Positions 21,954 to 31,714 of a stretch of DNA of 64,000 nt are shown here, in pieces. Numbering within the stretch: position 1 is the first letter of the stretch; each line of letters begins with the position of its first letter. A program made the position numbers and the translations under genes. The notes below the pieces were generated by a model. That model was not told the DNA's origin. It was given only the letters and a program-made list of their open reading frames with translations, and did no database searches. The stretch lies in the NCBI GenBank assembly GCA_963845565.1, contig CAWJSJ010000002.1, forward strand, positions 320,001 through 384,000, read 5' to 3'. This stretch comes from an uncultured Methylomirabilota bacterium. Lineage in GTDB: Bacteria; Methylomirabilota; Methylomirabilia; Methylomirabilales; 2-02-FULL-66-22.

Positions 21954-23537
21954 ATGACCGACACTCGCCGCATTCTCGACGTTCTCGAATCCGAGGGCCT
22001 CGCCCTCTCCCGACGCGACCTCTTGCGCCTGGCGGGCGAGAGCGGCATCGCGCTGGCCGGACTGGCGATGCTGGGCGCGGCCGACCCGGCGCCGGCGGGG
22101 GCGCAGGCCGGCGGAACGATGCGGATCCACATGTCGACGGACATCCAGCAGATCGATCCGCACTTGGTGACGGCGTGGAACGACTACTCGCCCTGGGAGT
22201 CCATCTTTTCGAGTCTGACGGCCCTCGACCGCGACTTCCAGCCGATCCCCGATCTGGCCCAGTCCTGGACGCAGCCCGACCCGAAGACGTACGTCTTCCA
22301 GCTCCGGAAGGGGGTGCTCTTCCATAGCGGACGCGAGATGAAGGCGGCCGATGTCAAGTTCTCCCTCGACCGGATCGTCAGCCTGGGGGGCAGGAGCAAG
22401 TGGTACACGCTGTTGCTGGACCTCGATCGGGTGGAGGTGCTCGACGACTACCGCATCCGGATCGCCCTCAAGAATCCGTCCGCGCCGTTTCTCGCCAACC
22501 TCGCCTTCGCGATGATCGTGGCCAAGGAGAACATCGACCAGATCGGCCTGACCCCCATCGGAACAGGGCCCTTCCGCTTCGTGGAGCGTGTGCCGAACTC
22601 GCACCTGCTGGTCCGCAAGTGGGACAAGTTCTACGTCGCGGGGCAGCCCAAGGTCGACGAGATCCGCTGGGTGCCCGTCGTCGAGCCCGCAACCCGGGTG
22701 GCAAACCTCAAGACGGGCACTGCCGATATCGTGAGCGAGGTCCCCTACGAGGCCATGCGCGAGCTTCGGGCCACGCCGGGGATCGCCATCCATGAACCCA
22801 AGGCGGCTTCGGCCTATGCCGTCATGGTGCTCAAGCACGCACCACCCCTCGACAACAAGAAGCTCCGCCAGGCGCTGGCCCTGCTCGTGGACCGCGAGTC
22901 CATCAACCGCGCGGTGTTCTTCGGCGTCGGGAGCGCCGAGGAGGGGTGTAACCCGTTCCCGGTCGGGCACTGGGCGCACGCGCAGGTCGCCTGCCCCAAG
23001 TACGACCCGGACGCCGCCAAGCGATTGCTCGCCGAGGCCGGATACCCGAACGGGATCGACCTCGAGTGGAAGGTCATCGGGTCCCGGCCGGATACCGTCA
23101 AGGTCGCCGAGATCTCCAAGGAGACGTTCCGGCGGGGCGGCGTCAATCTCAAGCTCGTCCAGCTCGAGTTCGCCACCTGGATCCAACAGGTGTACCGGGA
23201 CAAGCAGTTCCAGTTGGCCCAGACGATCTTCCTGCGTGAGGCGGACCCGGACGGCCTGGTGGTCAGCGCCCTGTTCACGGGCGGCCAGAACAACCCCGGC
23301 GGCTACACCACGAAGGAGATGGACGACTTGCTGACGCAGGGGCGGGGCGAACTGAACCGCGACAAGCGTCGCGCCATCTACAAGCGCATCAGCGAGATCG
23401 TGGCCGACGACGTGCCGTTCATCCGGCTCCAGTCGCAGCCGTTCGTCTGGGCCACCACGGCCAAGGTGGCCGGGTTCTACCTCAACAGCCAGTGCCGGCC
23501 GTTCGTGGCATTACGCGAGATGAGCCTGGCGAGATAA
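21954..23537 (+). CDS. ABC substrate-binding protein family 5, Tat signal
   Basis: SRRDLLR; PDLAQSW..FQLRKGVLFHSG; PIGTGPF. Confidence 0.92.
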   Translation: MTDTRRILDVLESEGLALSRRDLLRLAGESGIALAGLAMLGAADPAPAGAQAGGTMRIHMSTDIQQIDPHLVTAWNDYSPWESIFSSLTALDRDFQPIPDLAQSWTQPDPKTYVFQLRKGVLFHSGREMKAADVKFSLDRIVSLGGRSKWYTLLLDLDRVEVLDDYRIRIALKNPSAPFLANLAFAMIVAKENIDQIGLTPIGTGPFRFVERVPNSHLLVRKWDKFYVAGQPKVDEIRWVPVVEPATRVANLKTGTADIVSEVPYEAMRELRATPGIAIHEPKAASAYAVMVLKHAPPLDNKKLRQALALLVDRESINRAVFFGVGSAEEGCNPFPVGHWAHAQVACPKYDPDAAKRLLAEAGYPNGIDLEWKVIGSRPDTVKVAEISKETFRRGGVNLKLVQLEFATWIQQVYRDKQFQLAQTIFLREADPDGLVVSALFTGGQNNPGGYTTKEMDDLLTQGRGELNRDKRRAIYKRISEIVADDVPFIRLQSQPFVWATTAKVAGFYLNSQCRPFVALREMSLAR

Positions 23538-23607
23538 CGGAGCGGCTCTGCCCGATCCTGCGGGCTCGACATCTCTTGGTGCCGTTGAAGGCGCAATGGA
23601 GGAGGGC

Positions 23608-23652
23608 GTAGCCCGCATTCTTCACGAAGGAGTCGCGAAGAATGCGGGCTAC
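23608..23652. repeat. GTAG-tagged REP-like palindrome between convergent genes
   Basis: GTAGCCCGCATTCTTC-N13-GAAGAATGCGGGCTAC, perfect 16-bp arms. Confidence 0.65.
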
Positions 23653-24581
23653 AGGTTTCGCATCCGCGGATCGATGAATTCGCGCAACCAGTCGCCGATC
23701 ACGTTCAGCGCTAGCACCGTCAGCATCATCGCCAGACCCGGGAAGGTCGTCAGCCACCAGGCGGTGCCCATGTAGGCCCGGCCATCGGAGAGCATCGAGC
23801 CCCAGGTCGGGATCGTCGCCTCGACCCCCAGACCGAAGAAGGTCAGTGACGCCTCGGTGATGATGCAGGTCGCCACCGCGAACGTCGCCACGATGATGAC
23901 CGGCGCCAGCGTGTTCGGGAGCACATGCCGGCGGATGATCCGGAAATCCGACGCGCCGATGGCGCGGGCGGCCTCGACGAACTCCCGCTCGCGCACGGAG
24001 AGCACCTGGCCGCGCACGACGCGCGCGTAGACCATCCAGCCCGCCACCCCCAGGACCAGGATCACGTTCCGCAATCCGGGCCCCAGGACGCCGATGATCG
24101 CCAGGGCCAGGAGGATGAACGGGAAGGCGAGCTGGATGTCCACCAGCCGCATGATGGTGGCTTCGTACCCCCGGCCGTAAAACCCGGCAACCAGACCCGC
24201 CGCGATGCCCAGCAGCCCCGAAATGATCACGGCCGAGAACCCGACTGCGAGCGAGATGCGCGAGCCGTAGATCGTCCGACTGAGGATATCACGGCCCAGA
24301 TGGTCGGTGCCCAGCAGATGGGCGCGAGAGCCGCCGTCCAGCCAGGCGGGCGGAAGCAGGCGCCGCTCCAGGACCTGCTCGTTGGGGTTGTGGGGTGCGA
24401 TCCAGGCCGCCGCGACCGCCACCACGACCACCACGGACAGAACGAACACCCCGACCACGGCCGTACGGCTCTTCGCCAGGGACCGCAGGGCGCGCCGCCA
24501 CTCCGAGCGTCCCCGGAGGTTCGGGGTCTCCGTCTCGCCGGGGTTCGAGGCCCGGGTCGTCGCGCCACCGTCGGTCGGCAT
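23649..24581 (-). CDS. Peptide/nickel ABC permease (DppC-like)
   Basis: LLGTDHLGRDILSR, EFVEAARAIG, PTWGSML. Confidence 0.93.
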   Translation of the reverse strand: MPTDGGATTRASNPGETETPNLRGRSEWRRALRSLAKSRTAVVGVFVLSVVVVVAVAAAWIAPHNPNEQVLERRLLPPAWLDGGSRAHLLGTDHLGRDILSRTIYGSRISLAVGFSAVIISGLLGIAAGLVAGFYGRGYEATIMRLVDIQLAFPFILLALAIIGVLGPGLRNVILVLGVAGWMVYARVVRGQVLSVREREFVEAARAIGASDFRIIRRHVLPNTLAPVIIVATFAVATCIITEASLTFFGLGVEATIPTWGSMLSDGRAYMGTAWWLTTFPGLAMMLTVLALNVIGDWLREFIDPRMRNL

Positions 24582-25502
24582 CTATCGCACCCGCACCCGA
24601 GGGTCCAGCCAGGTGTACAGGAGGTCCACGATCAGGTTGATGCCCACAAAGGCCAGGGCGATGAAGAAGACATCCGCCTCCAGCACGGGGAAATCCCGAT
24701 GCAGGATGGAGTCGATGGCCAACCGCCCGATCCCTGGCCAGGCGAAGACCGTCTCCGTGACCACGGCGCCACCCAGCAACTGGCCGATGTCCAGCCCGAT
24801 CATCGTGACGACGGGGATCGCCATGTTCTTGATCGCGTGGCGCACCACCACGATCCGCTCGGCCAGTCCCTTGGCCCGGGCGGTCCGGATGTAATCCTGC
24901 TCCAGTACCTCTCGCATGCCGGATCGGACCAGGCGGGTGTTGCGCGCCATGAAGAACGCCCCCAGCGTCAAGGCCGGCAGTAGGACGTGCCACGGCCCAC
25001 CGTAACCCGATGACGGGAGGATGTTCCACTGCTCCGCGAAGACGAGGATCAGGATCAGGCCCAACCAGAAGCTGGGAAGCGACTGGCCGAGCAGCGCCAG
25101 GACCGTCGCCAGGTTGTCGATGATCGAGTTGTGGCGCACGGCGGCGATGGTTCCCAGCAGCAGCGCCGCCGGGAGGGACCACGCCAGCGTCACGGCGGCC
25201 AGGGTCAGGGTCGCGGGGAACCGCTGGATCACTTGCTTCAGCGCCGGCTGCCCCCGGTACCGCAGCGACTCGCCAAAGTCCCCGCGGACCGCACCCGCGA
25301 TGAAGCGGACGAACTGCACCGGCAGCGGCCGGTCCAGTCCCATCTGGACGCGCAGCCGCTCGACGTCCTCCTGGTTTGCCTCGGGCGGCAGCATGATCCG
25401 CACGGGGTCGCCCGTCAGGTTGACGATGAAGAAGACCAGGAGCAGGACGCCCAGGATCACCACCGTCGATTGCAGGAATCGCGCAAGAATGTAGCGAAGC
25501 AT
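24582..25502 (-). CDS. Peptide/nickel ABC permease (DppB-like)
   Basis: GLDRP, DYIRTARAKGL, ETVFAWPGIG. Confidence 0.93.
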   Translation of the reverse strand: MLRYILARFLQSTVVILGVLLLVFFIVNLTGDPVRIMLPPEANQEDVERLRVQMGLDRPLPVQFVRFIAGAVRGDFGESLRYRGQPALKQVIQRFPATLTLAAVTLAWSLPAALLLGTIAAVRHNSIIDNLATVLALLGQSLPSFWLGLILILVFAEQWNILPSSGYGGPWHVLLPALTLGAFFMARNTRLVRSGMREVLEQDYIRTARAKGLAERIVVVRHAIKNMAIPVVTMIGLDIGQLLGGAVVTETVFAWPGIGRLAIDSILHRDFPVLEADVFFIALAFVGINLIVDLLYTWLDPRVRVR

Positions 25503-25516
25503 CGGCCTCAGGAAAT

Positions 25517-25552
25517 GGCGGAGGCATCGAGCACGCCCTCGATGCCTCCGCC
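25517..25552. other. 15-bp perfect stem-loop between binding-protein and permease genes
   Basis: GGCGGAGGCATCGAG-N6-CTCGATGCCTCCGCC. Confidence 0.6.
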
Positions 25553-25611
25553 GGGTTCGATCCGCGGAGGCGCGGCCGTCCGTGAGGCCGCCCTCGCACT
25601 CCGCATCGCCT

Positions 25612-25791
25612 CTAGCAGGCTGCTGAAAAGCTCATCGTCGGTCAGGCTGCTCAAAAAGGTCCAGCTGCAAGGCGGTTTGGCGCAGGCCGGGGTACCCACC
25701 GAAAGGTGGGTCCAGGCGTACTGGAGGTACGCCGCAGCGAGTGCCGAGCCAAACCAACGCCGCAGATGGGTCTTTTTCAGCGGCCTGTTAG
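25612..25791. mobile_element. MITE-like repeat, copy 1 (about 180 bp)
   Basis: Ends CTAGCAGGCTGCTGAAAAG and TTTTTCAGCGGCCTGTTAG; homologous to 40124-40300 and 44211-44325. Confidence 0.75.
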
Positions 25792-27383
25792 ACCAGCGAC
25801 ATTTCCTTGTACCAGATCATCTCGTCGGTGCGCGGCGTCCAGTCGACCTTCTTGTTGATCGCGTAGATATCCTGGATCGCATAGCCGTACAGGTTCGGAC
25901 AGTCGTCCTGGAGGATCTTCTGGGCCTCCGTGTACAGCTTGCCCCGCTTGGCCGCATCCAGCGTCGTCCGCGCCTCTTCCAGGGCCTTGTCGAGCTTCTC
26001 GTTCTTGTAGCCCTGCCAGACCTTGGCGTACAAGGCGCTGCTGTGACAGTTGGTAAACAGAGAGTTGTCGGCGTCGTGCATCCAGTTGCCCCAGCTCCGG
26101 AACCAGACGCCGTCCAGCTTGCCGGCGTTGGCCTGGGTGATCGTGGTCCCCCAGTCCTGCCACTTGAGGTTGCCTTTCATGCCGATCTTCGCCAGCTCCC
26201 CGACGATGGCCTCGATGAATTCCTTGTCCTTCGGGACGCGGCCCTGGGTGCCGAAGAAGGTGAACTCGACCCCCTTGGGATACCCCGCCTGCGCCAGGAG
26301 CGCCTTGGCCTTCTCGGGGTCGTAGGGGAACGGCTTGACCTCGTCCTCGTATCCGGCATACCACGGATTCAGGAGGGTCGCCACGCGGGTGCCGTTGCCC
26401 TTCAGGACCGTCTTGATGATGTTCTCGATGTTGGCGCCGTAGTTGATCGCCTGTCGGACGAGCTTGTTGTCGAACGGCTTCGACCGACAATCCAGGGCGA
26501 AGAAGACGATCCGGTTGCCCCGCAGCGTGACGATGCGCGCCTTACCGCTGCGGTTGATCCGGTCGATGTCGTCCGGCGGCACGGCGGGGATGATGTCCAC
26601 GTCGCCGGCCAGGAGCGCCGAGACCCGGGTGCCGGTCTCGGGGATCCCCCGGACGATCACCCGCTTGATTTTCGGGGCGCCGCCCCAGTACGCGGCGTTG
26701 GCCTCCATGACGAAATCCTGGTCCTTGGACCAGGAGATGAACTTGTACGGCCCCGTCCCGATCGGCTTGGTGGCCAGGTCTTCCTTGCTGGCGGTCGAGA
26801 AATACTTGGGCGGCACGATGATGGTGTGGAATCCCGCCAGCCGCGGCAGGATGACCGGATCGGGGCTCTTGGTCACGATATTGACGGTGTACTTGTCCAC
26901 CACGTCCACCCGGTCGATCTGCCCGTAGGTGCTGAGCAGCGGCGCGCCCGTCTTCGGGTCCAGCATCCGGTGGATGCTGAACTTGACCGCCTCGCCGTCG
27001 AACTCCTCCCCGTTATGGAACTTGACGTTCTGGCGAAGCTTGAACTGCATGGTCTGGTTGTCAACCCGCTTCCACTCCGTCGCCAGCTGCGGCTCGAGGC
27101 GCTTCAAGTCCTTGCTGAAGGCTACCAGGCACTCGTACATGTTGCGCAGGACGCTCTCGTGCACGGTGTTCTCGTTCCGGTGGGGGTCGAGCTGCACCAG
27201 CGACAACCCGTACCCCATCACGACCTTGGAGTCGGCCTCCGCGCCGAACGCCCGGGCGCCGCCGAGGTACGGCGAAACCACCGCGGCCCCCGTGGCCGCG
27301 GCCGCTGCCTTCAGGAAGCGACGCCGACTGATGCGGCTCGCCGTCATGTGCGTACTCCCGCCCTCGTTCCCGTGTCGTTTCAT
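25788..27383 (-). CDS. ABC substrate-binding protein family 5, Tat signal (alternative start 27347)
   Basis: SRRRFLK; PQLATEW..FKLRQNVKFHNGEEF; PIGTGPYKF. Confidence 0.92.
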   Translation of the reverse strand: MKRHGNEGGSTHMTASRISRRRFLKAAAAATGAAVVSPYLGGARAFGAEADSKVVMGYGLSLVQLDPHRNENTVHESVLRNMYECLVAFSKDLKRLEPQLATEWKRVDNQTMQFKLRQNVKFHNGEEFDGEAVKFSIHRMLDPKTGAPLLSTYGQIDRVDVVDKYTVNIVTKSPDPVILPRLAGFHTIIVPPKYFSTASKEDLATKPIGTGPYKFISWSKDQDFVMEANAAYWGGAPKIKRVIVRGIPETGTRVSALLAGDVDIIPAVPPDDIDRINRSGKARIVTLRGNRIVFFALDCRSKPFDNKLVRQAINYGANIENIIKTVLKGNGTRVATLLNPWYAGYEDEVKPFPYDPEKAKALLAQAGYPKGVEFTFFGTQGRVPKDKEFIEAIVGELAKIGMKGNLKWQDWGTTITQANAGKLDGVWFRSWGNWMHDADNSLFTNCHSSALYAKVWQGYKNEKLDKALEEARTTLDAAKRGKLYTEAQKILQDDCPNLYGYAIQDIYAINKKVDWTPRTDEMIWYKEMSLV

Positions 27384-27567
27384 CTGACGCCTCCTTGAAG
27401 GATGTCGCCTGGCACGCTCCGCCACCAACCACGGTGCCCCGGAAGGACCTCCGGACAGAAGCATCGCCCGGCTCCACCGGGGCTGTCAAGAAGAAAGCCG
27501 ACGGCGTGGCGTCGGGTCGCGATGGCGCGCGGGAACGGGTGCTCCCGGTCCGTCCGGGGAGATGCTC

Positions 27568-28614
27568 CTACGCGAACCGGTAGGTGGCGAACGCACCCTC
27601 GCACGGGGGGCCATAGCTCAGATGAAGCGTCCGCGCGGCCGGCTCGGCGATTAGCGCCGCCGTGGTCTCCCATTCTGCTGCCCCCCCGGCGTGCCGGCAG
27701 ATCGGCTCAGGCCGGCCGCCGTGGTCGGCGAGCAACCGCTTGATCTCCTCCACCGTGATCCGCCCCGCCCCCGCATCCAGGAGCGCCTGCATTTGCGCAC
27801 AGCGCCCCGGGGAGCCGGGCGCGGGGAGCGCTTCGACCTCGTGAGGCCTGGTCGCCGAATCGAGGCAGTGATTGGCGTGCGCAAAGACGCCGCGGTCCCG
27901 GGCGATCACCGCCAGCGCCTGCGGGAGAATCTCCAGATTGCGGATCCGGCCCGCGGCGTCGACGACCAGGAAGCTGCCGACCGCGGGACCGTCCATCGTG
28001 CAGGCGCGCTGGGCGGCCTCCTCGGCCGAGGCACACTCGAGCAGGGCCCGGCGCGTGACCGGCGGCGCCTGCCAGTTCCGTCCCGCCTTCGCCCAGAGCG
28101 AATTGGCGAACACGGCCACGCCCTGCTCGTTGATCCCCACGCCCCCGAGCTCGCCCGGCACCGCGTGCATCAGGATCGCCGGGCTTCCGGTAGGCCGGAG
28201 TAACAGGACGGCCATCCGGTCGCGATAGGCAGGGACCAGGTCCCGGTTCTGCGCGCCCAGCGGACGGCCCGCGGCGCTGGCGTCGCCCGACACCGCCAGG
28301 GCGGTGCACCCCTCCGGCATGAAGCCGCTGCCCGGCCGCACCTGCAGGGCCACGGCCCCCGCCAGCGGGATCTCGGCCCCGTCCGCCAGGCCCCGCAGCT
28401 CTTCCGTCCATGCCGCGCCGCCGAGGGCTTCGATTCTCGGCAACTGCTCCATCGCCCAGGCGAGCGCCCGCTCGGGATTCAGCCCACACTGCCGCGACGC
28501 GACCGCCAGGCATTCCTCGAGTTGCCGGTGGATGGCCTGGCGCAGACATGTCCCGTGGCCTCGTCCCACGTCATAGGGCGTGCCGCAAATCTCGAAGAAG
28601 GGAAACTGGTGCAT
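27568..28614 (-). CDS. C45 family Ntn-hydrolase (isopenicillin-N acyltransferase-like)
   Basis: GTPYDVGRGHG, EELRGLADGA, autocleavage site G-CT, AQNRD, GINEQG, HANH. Confidence 0.85.
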   Translation of the reverse strand: MHQFPFFEICGTPYDVGRGHGTCLRQAIHRQLEECLAVASRQCGLNPERALAWAMEQLPRIEALGGAAWTEELRGLADGAEIPLAGAVALQVRPGSGFMPEGCTALAVSGDASAAGRPLGAQNRDLVPAYRDRMAVLLLRPTGSPAILMHAVPGELGGVGINEQGVAVFANSLWAKAGRNWQAPPVTRRALLECASAEEAAQRACTMDGPAVGSFLVVDAAGRIRNLEILPQALAVIARDRGVFAHANHCLDSATRPHEVEALPAPGSPGRCAQMQALLDAGAGRITVEEIKRLLADHGGRPEPICRHAGGAAEWETTAALIAEPAARTLHLSYGPPCEGAFATYRFA

Positions 28615-28643
28615 GGACACCTCCGTGGGGGACCGCGTCGGCG

Positions 28644-29792
28644 TTACACGAACGCCCGGACGACCGCCACGAGGATGGCCGCCGCCTCGTCCACCTGGCG
28701 GAGCTCGATCCACTCGTCGGCGCTGTGCGCCTGGCGGATGGACCCGGGACCGAACACGACGGCGGGTATCCCGGCGCGGGCCAGCTTGCTGGCATCCGTC
28801 CCGTAGTTCACACCCCGGACCTCGGCCGCGCGCCCCGCGCGCCGGATGGCCGCTTCCAGCTGTTGGGCCACGGGCTCGGCGGGATCGGTGGCCATCGCGT
28901 AGTCCACCAGGTACGGCTCGCCCACCGACACCGTGCCGGGCGCGAACGCCTCCAGCCTGGCCCGATAGGCCGCCCACACCGCCATGGGTTCCTCGCCGGG
29001 CAAGATGCGGCGATCGAGATGAATCGTGCAGGACGCCGGAACGGCATTGATCGCGCTCCCGCCGCCGATCAGCGAGACGCACACCGTGGCGGGACCCACC
29101 CACGGGTGGCGCGTGGCCAGAGCCTCCGGCTCGAGCGTTCGCCGGATGAACTCCAGCACCTCGGCCATGCGCATGATGGCGTTCTCGCCTTCCCACGGGT
29201 TCGAGCTGTGGCAGGCGCGGCCATGCGTCGTGACCCCGAACCGGAGGCATCCCTTGTGGGCCACGACAAGATCCAGCTCCGTCGGTTCCCCGACGACGGC
29301 CGCCGCGAAAGACTCCCCGCGCGCCAGGAGGGCGGTGACGCCGCCGAACTGGTGCTCTTCGTCCATGACGGCGGCCAACATCACGTCCACGGGCGGCGGC
29401 GCCCCGCTGGCCAGCTCCGCCATGGCGAGCATCATGGCCGCCAGTGGCCCCTTGGCGTCGCACGCGCCGCGGCCGAAGAGTCGCCCCTCGCGAATCTCCG
29501 CTGCGAACGGGGGTATCGTCATCCCGTCGGTCTCCACCGTATCCAGGTGGGACTCGAGCAGGAAGATCCGGGACCGGTCGCGCCCGCGCACTCGGGCGAG
29601 GACATTCGGCCGTCCGGGCAGGACGGTCTGCAGTTCGACCTCCAGCCCCGCGTCGCGGAGCCACCCCGCCACGGCGGCCCCGATGGCCGCTTCCGCCGGG
29701 CTGGGGGCGCCCCGCGGGTTCACGCTCGGGATGCGCACCAACTGCTGCAGCAGGGACGCCGACGATCGGTCTGGCATCTCGAATCTCCTCAC
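28644..29792 (-). CDS. M20 family metallopeptidase/deacylase (ArgE/DapE-like)
   Basis: SHLDTV, GRGACDAKG, DEE, GEPT, GPGSIRQAHSADE. Confidence 0.92.
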   Translation of the reverse strand: MRRFEMPDRSSASLLQQLVRIPSVNPRGAPSPAEAAIGAAVAGWLRDAGLEVELQTVLPGRPNVLARVRGRDRSRIFLLESHLDTVETDGMTIPPFAAEIREGRLFGRGACDAKGPLAAMMLAMAELASGAPPPVDVMLAAVMDEEHQFGGVTALLARGESFAAAVVGEPTELDLVVAHKGCLRFGVTTHGRACHSSNPWEGENAIMRMAEVLEFIRRTLEPEALATRHPWVGPATVCVSLIGGGSAINAVPASCTIHLDRRILPGEEPMAVWAAYRARLEAFAPGTVSVGEPYLVDYAMATDPAEPVAQQLEAAIRRAGRAAEVRGVNYGTDASKLARAGIPAVVFGPGSIRQAHSADEWIELRQVDEAAAILVAVVRAFV

Positions 29793-31399
29793 CGCGGCGC
29801 CCGACCCGAGGGGCGTTTTCGTTTCGCCTCTCCATTGCCACGCCTGTACGCCGAGCCCTCCGGAACGGCCGCCTCCCGGACCCGGAACGTCTTGGCGTGC
29901 CCGGCGGTGACGTTGGCGACGGTCACCTCGATGACTCCGGCGGCATCACACCGGTAGATCTCTTCGATGACGTGGGACGAGACCGCCGGCTCCCGCTGGA
30001 CGCGCACCGTCTTCAGGCTCGGGTGCCCCACGAGTCCGGGAGCGTACGGAAAGAGAATCTCCCGCCACGCGAGGAGGTCGCCGGCAGGCTCGCCTTGCCC
30101 TCGCAGGTCGCTGCACTCCAGGAACCGGAAGCGGCCGATGTTGTGGACGGGGGCATAACGGCGGCGGACCACCAACGGCGGCTCGCCGGGCTGCGGCAGG
30201 CGCGTCTCCTTGTCGAAGATGGGATCGAAGACGATCCGTCGGCCGGCCTCCGCCTCGCGCCACACCCCGAAGTGGCGATGGAACCGATCCGTGAGAACAT
30301 ACCCGCTCTCCCGATCGGCGGCAATGGCAAGCCCGATGGACGTCGCGCCCGCGGGATACGGTGACCGGCGGACCCGCGGGCCGAATCGCTCCCGCAGCGC
30401 GCGTGCCAGGATGGGAAGCTCGCAGGCGCCTCCCACGAGGTACACCACACCCGACGCGGTCGTTTCGCCCTGAGCCAACCCGCGGGCGGCCTCCATGGCG
30501 GCCTCGGTCACCTCGATGGTCCGAAGGATGAGCGGCTCGCACCGTTCGTAGAACCGAGCCACGGGGACCATGACCGCGCCCAGTGACGGGTCCACCTGCC
30601 CGAAATCCACCGTGATCTTCCGGCTGTTGGGGTTGATCCCCTCTTTCGCGTCCCGGCACAGCGTCAACAGCCGCGGGGCGACACCGGAGAGCACCTGCGA
30701 GGCGATGGCCGGATCCTCGAGGGCCAGATCGAGGAGCGCGGCATCAAAATCGTCCCCTCCCAGGCGCGAGATGCCTTCGCTCGAGACGACGTCGTGCCGG
30801 TTCTCCACCATGCTGATGACCGAGGCGTCAAACGTCCCGCCGCCGAGGTCATAGACCACGACATGTTCTCGCCGCCGGGACGGGATCGCCTTTCGGTAGC
30901 GATGGGCGTATTCGTTGCCCGCGGCCGAGGGCTCGTTGAGCATCCCGATCACCTCGAAGTTCGCCCGCCGGAAGGCCTCCAGGGTCAGGAACCGCTGGTT
31001 GCTATTGGCATGGGCCGGGGTCCCGACCATCACCTCCAGCCGATCATGGCGGCCGATCTCCAGGCTGCTTCGGTGGATCAGATCCAGACGCAATGCCACC
31101 AGAAACCGCGTCAGCCATTCGATGGCGGGGAGCTCGACGGCGCCCACGCTCCACACCGTGTCCGGGTCGCTGTCCCCGAGCAGCCGCTTGAAGGATCGAA
31201 GGAGGTTCCACTCCGGCGCGTAGAGCACCGCGTGCGCCTGGAGGCCAAATGCCAACCGGTCGCCGCGCGCCGCGATCAGCGACGGATACCAGTCCAGGGC
31301 ATCTCCCTGTTCCGCCTGGAAGGTGATCAGGGGGTAGTTGCCCTGTATGGCGGCCGCGACTCGCGTCCGTGTGGTCCCGAAGTCAATTCCCAGCCGCAT
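29789..31399 (-). CDS. Atypical Hsp70 family protein
   Basis: LGIDFGTT, LNEPSAA, VYDLGGGTFD, LGGDDFD, YLVGG; short divergent C-terminus. Confidence 0.85.
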   Translation of the reverse strand: MRLGIDFGTTRTRVAAAIQGNYPLITFQAEQGDALDWYPSLIAARGDRLAFGLQAHAVLYAPEWNLLRSFKRLLGDSDPDTVWSVGAVELPAIEWLTRFLVALRLDLIHRSSLEIGRHDRLEVMVGTPAHANSNQRFLTLEAFRRANFEVIGMLNEPSAAGNEYAHRYRKAIPSRRREHVVVYDLGGGTFDASVISMVENRHDVVSSEGISRLGGDDFDAALLDLALEDPAIASQVLSGVAPRLLTLCRDAKEGINPNSRKITVDFGQVDPSLGAVMVPVARFYERCEPLILRTIEVTEAAMEAARGLAQGETTASGVVYLVGGACELPILARALRERFGPRVRRSPYPAGATSIGLAIAADRESGYVLTDRFHRHFGVWREAEAGRRIVFDPIFDKETRLPQPGEPPLVVRRRYAPVHNIGRFRFLECSDLRGQGEPAGDLLAWREILFPYAPGLVGHPSLKTVRVQREPAVSSHVIEEIYRCDAAGVIEVTVANVTAGHAKTFRVREAAVPEGSAYRRGNGEAKRKRPSGRAPR

Positions 31400-31714
31400 T
31401 GCGCTCCCTCCTGCCCGTGGGTGGTCTCGCCCTGTCGGAGTCGTCGCGGTGGCGCCTGGCCGGCCTTCCACCGCGGGTCCGCCGGAACGTGCGTCGGATC
31501 TCACAAACGCGGGAGGTCGCCTCGCCGCTAGAATAGCACGCCGACACCCTGGCGAGTATATCTCCCGCCATCTTTCGCTCCAGGGTGGGGAGCTCCGCTC
31601 TCGGCTTGACGCGGAGCGCCCCCTTTGTCATGCTTCGCCTACCGGCGTCGGGTGGGCGGCAGATCCCCCATCAGGACCCGGAGGGAACCATACAGAGACC
31701 AGGAGGCGCCATGG

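Noticed and set aside
15085..30364. Very long alternative-frame or antisense ORFs (for example 25131-27398, 28410-29957, and also 40498-42084, 54256-56010)
   Set aside because: Shadow ORFs of high-GC genes, rich in Arg/Gly/Pro and overlapping well-supported CDSs.
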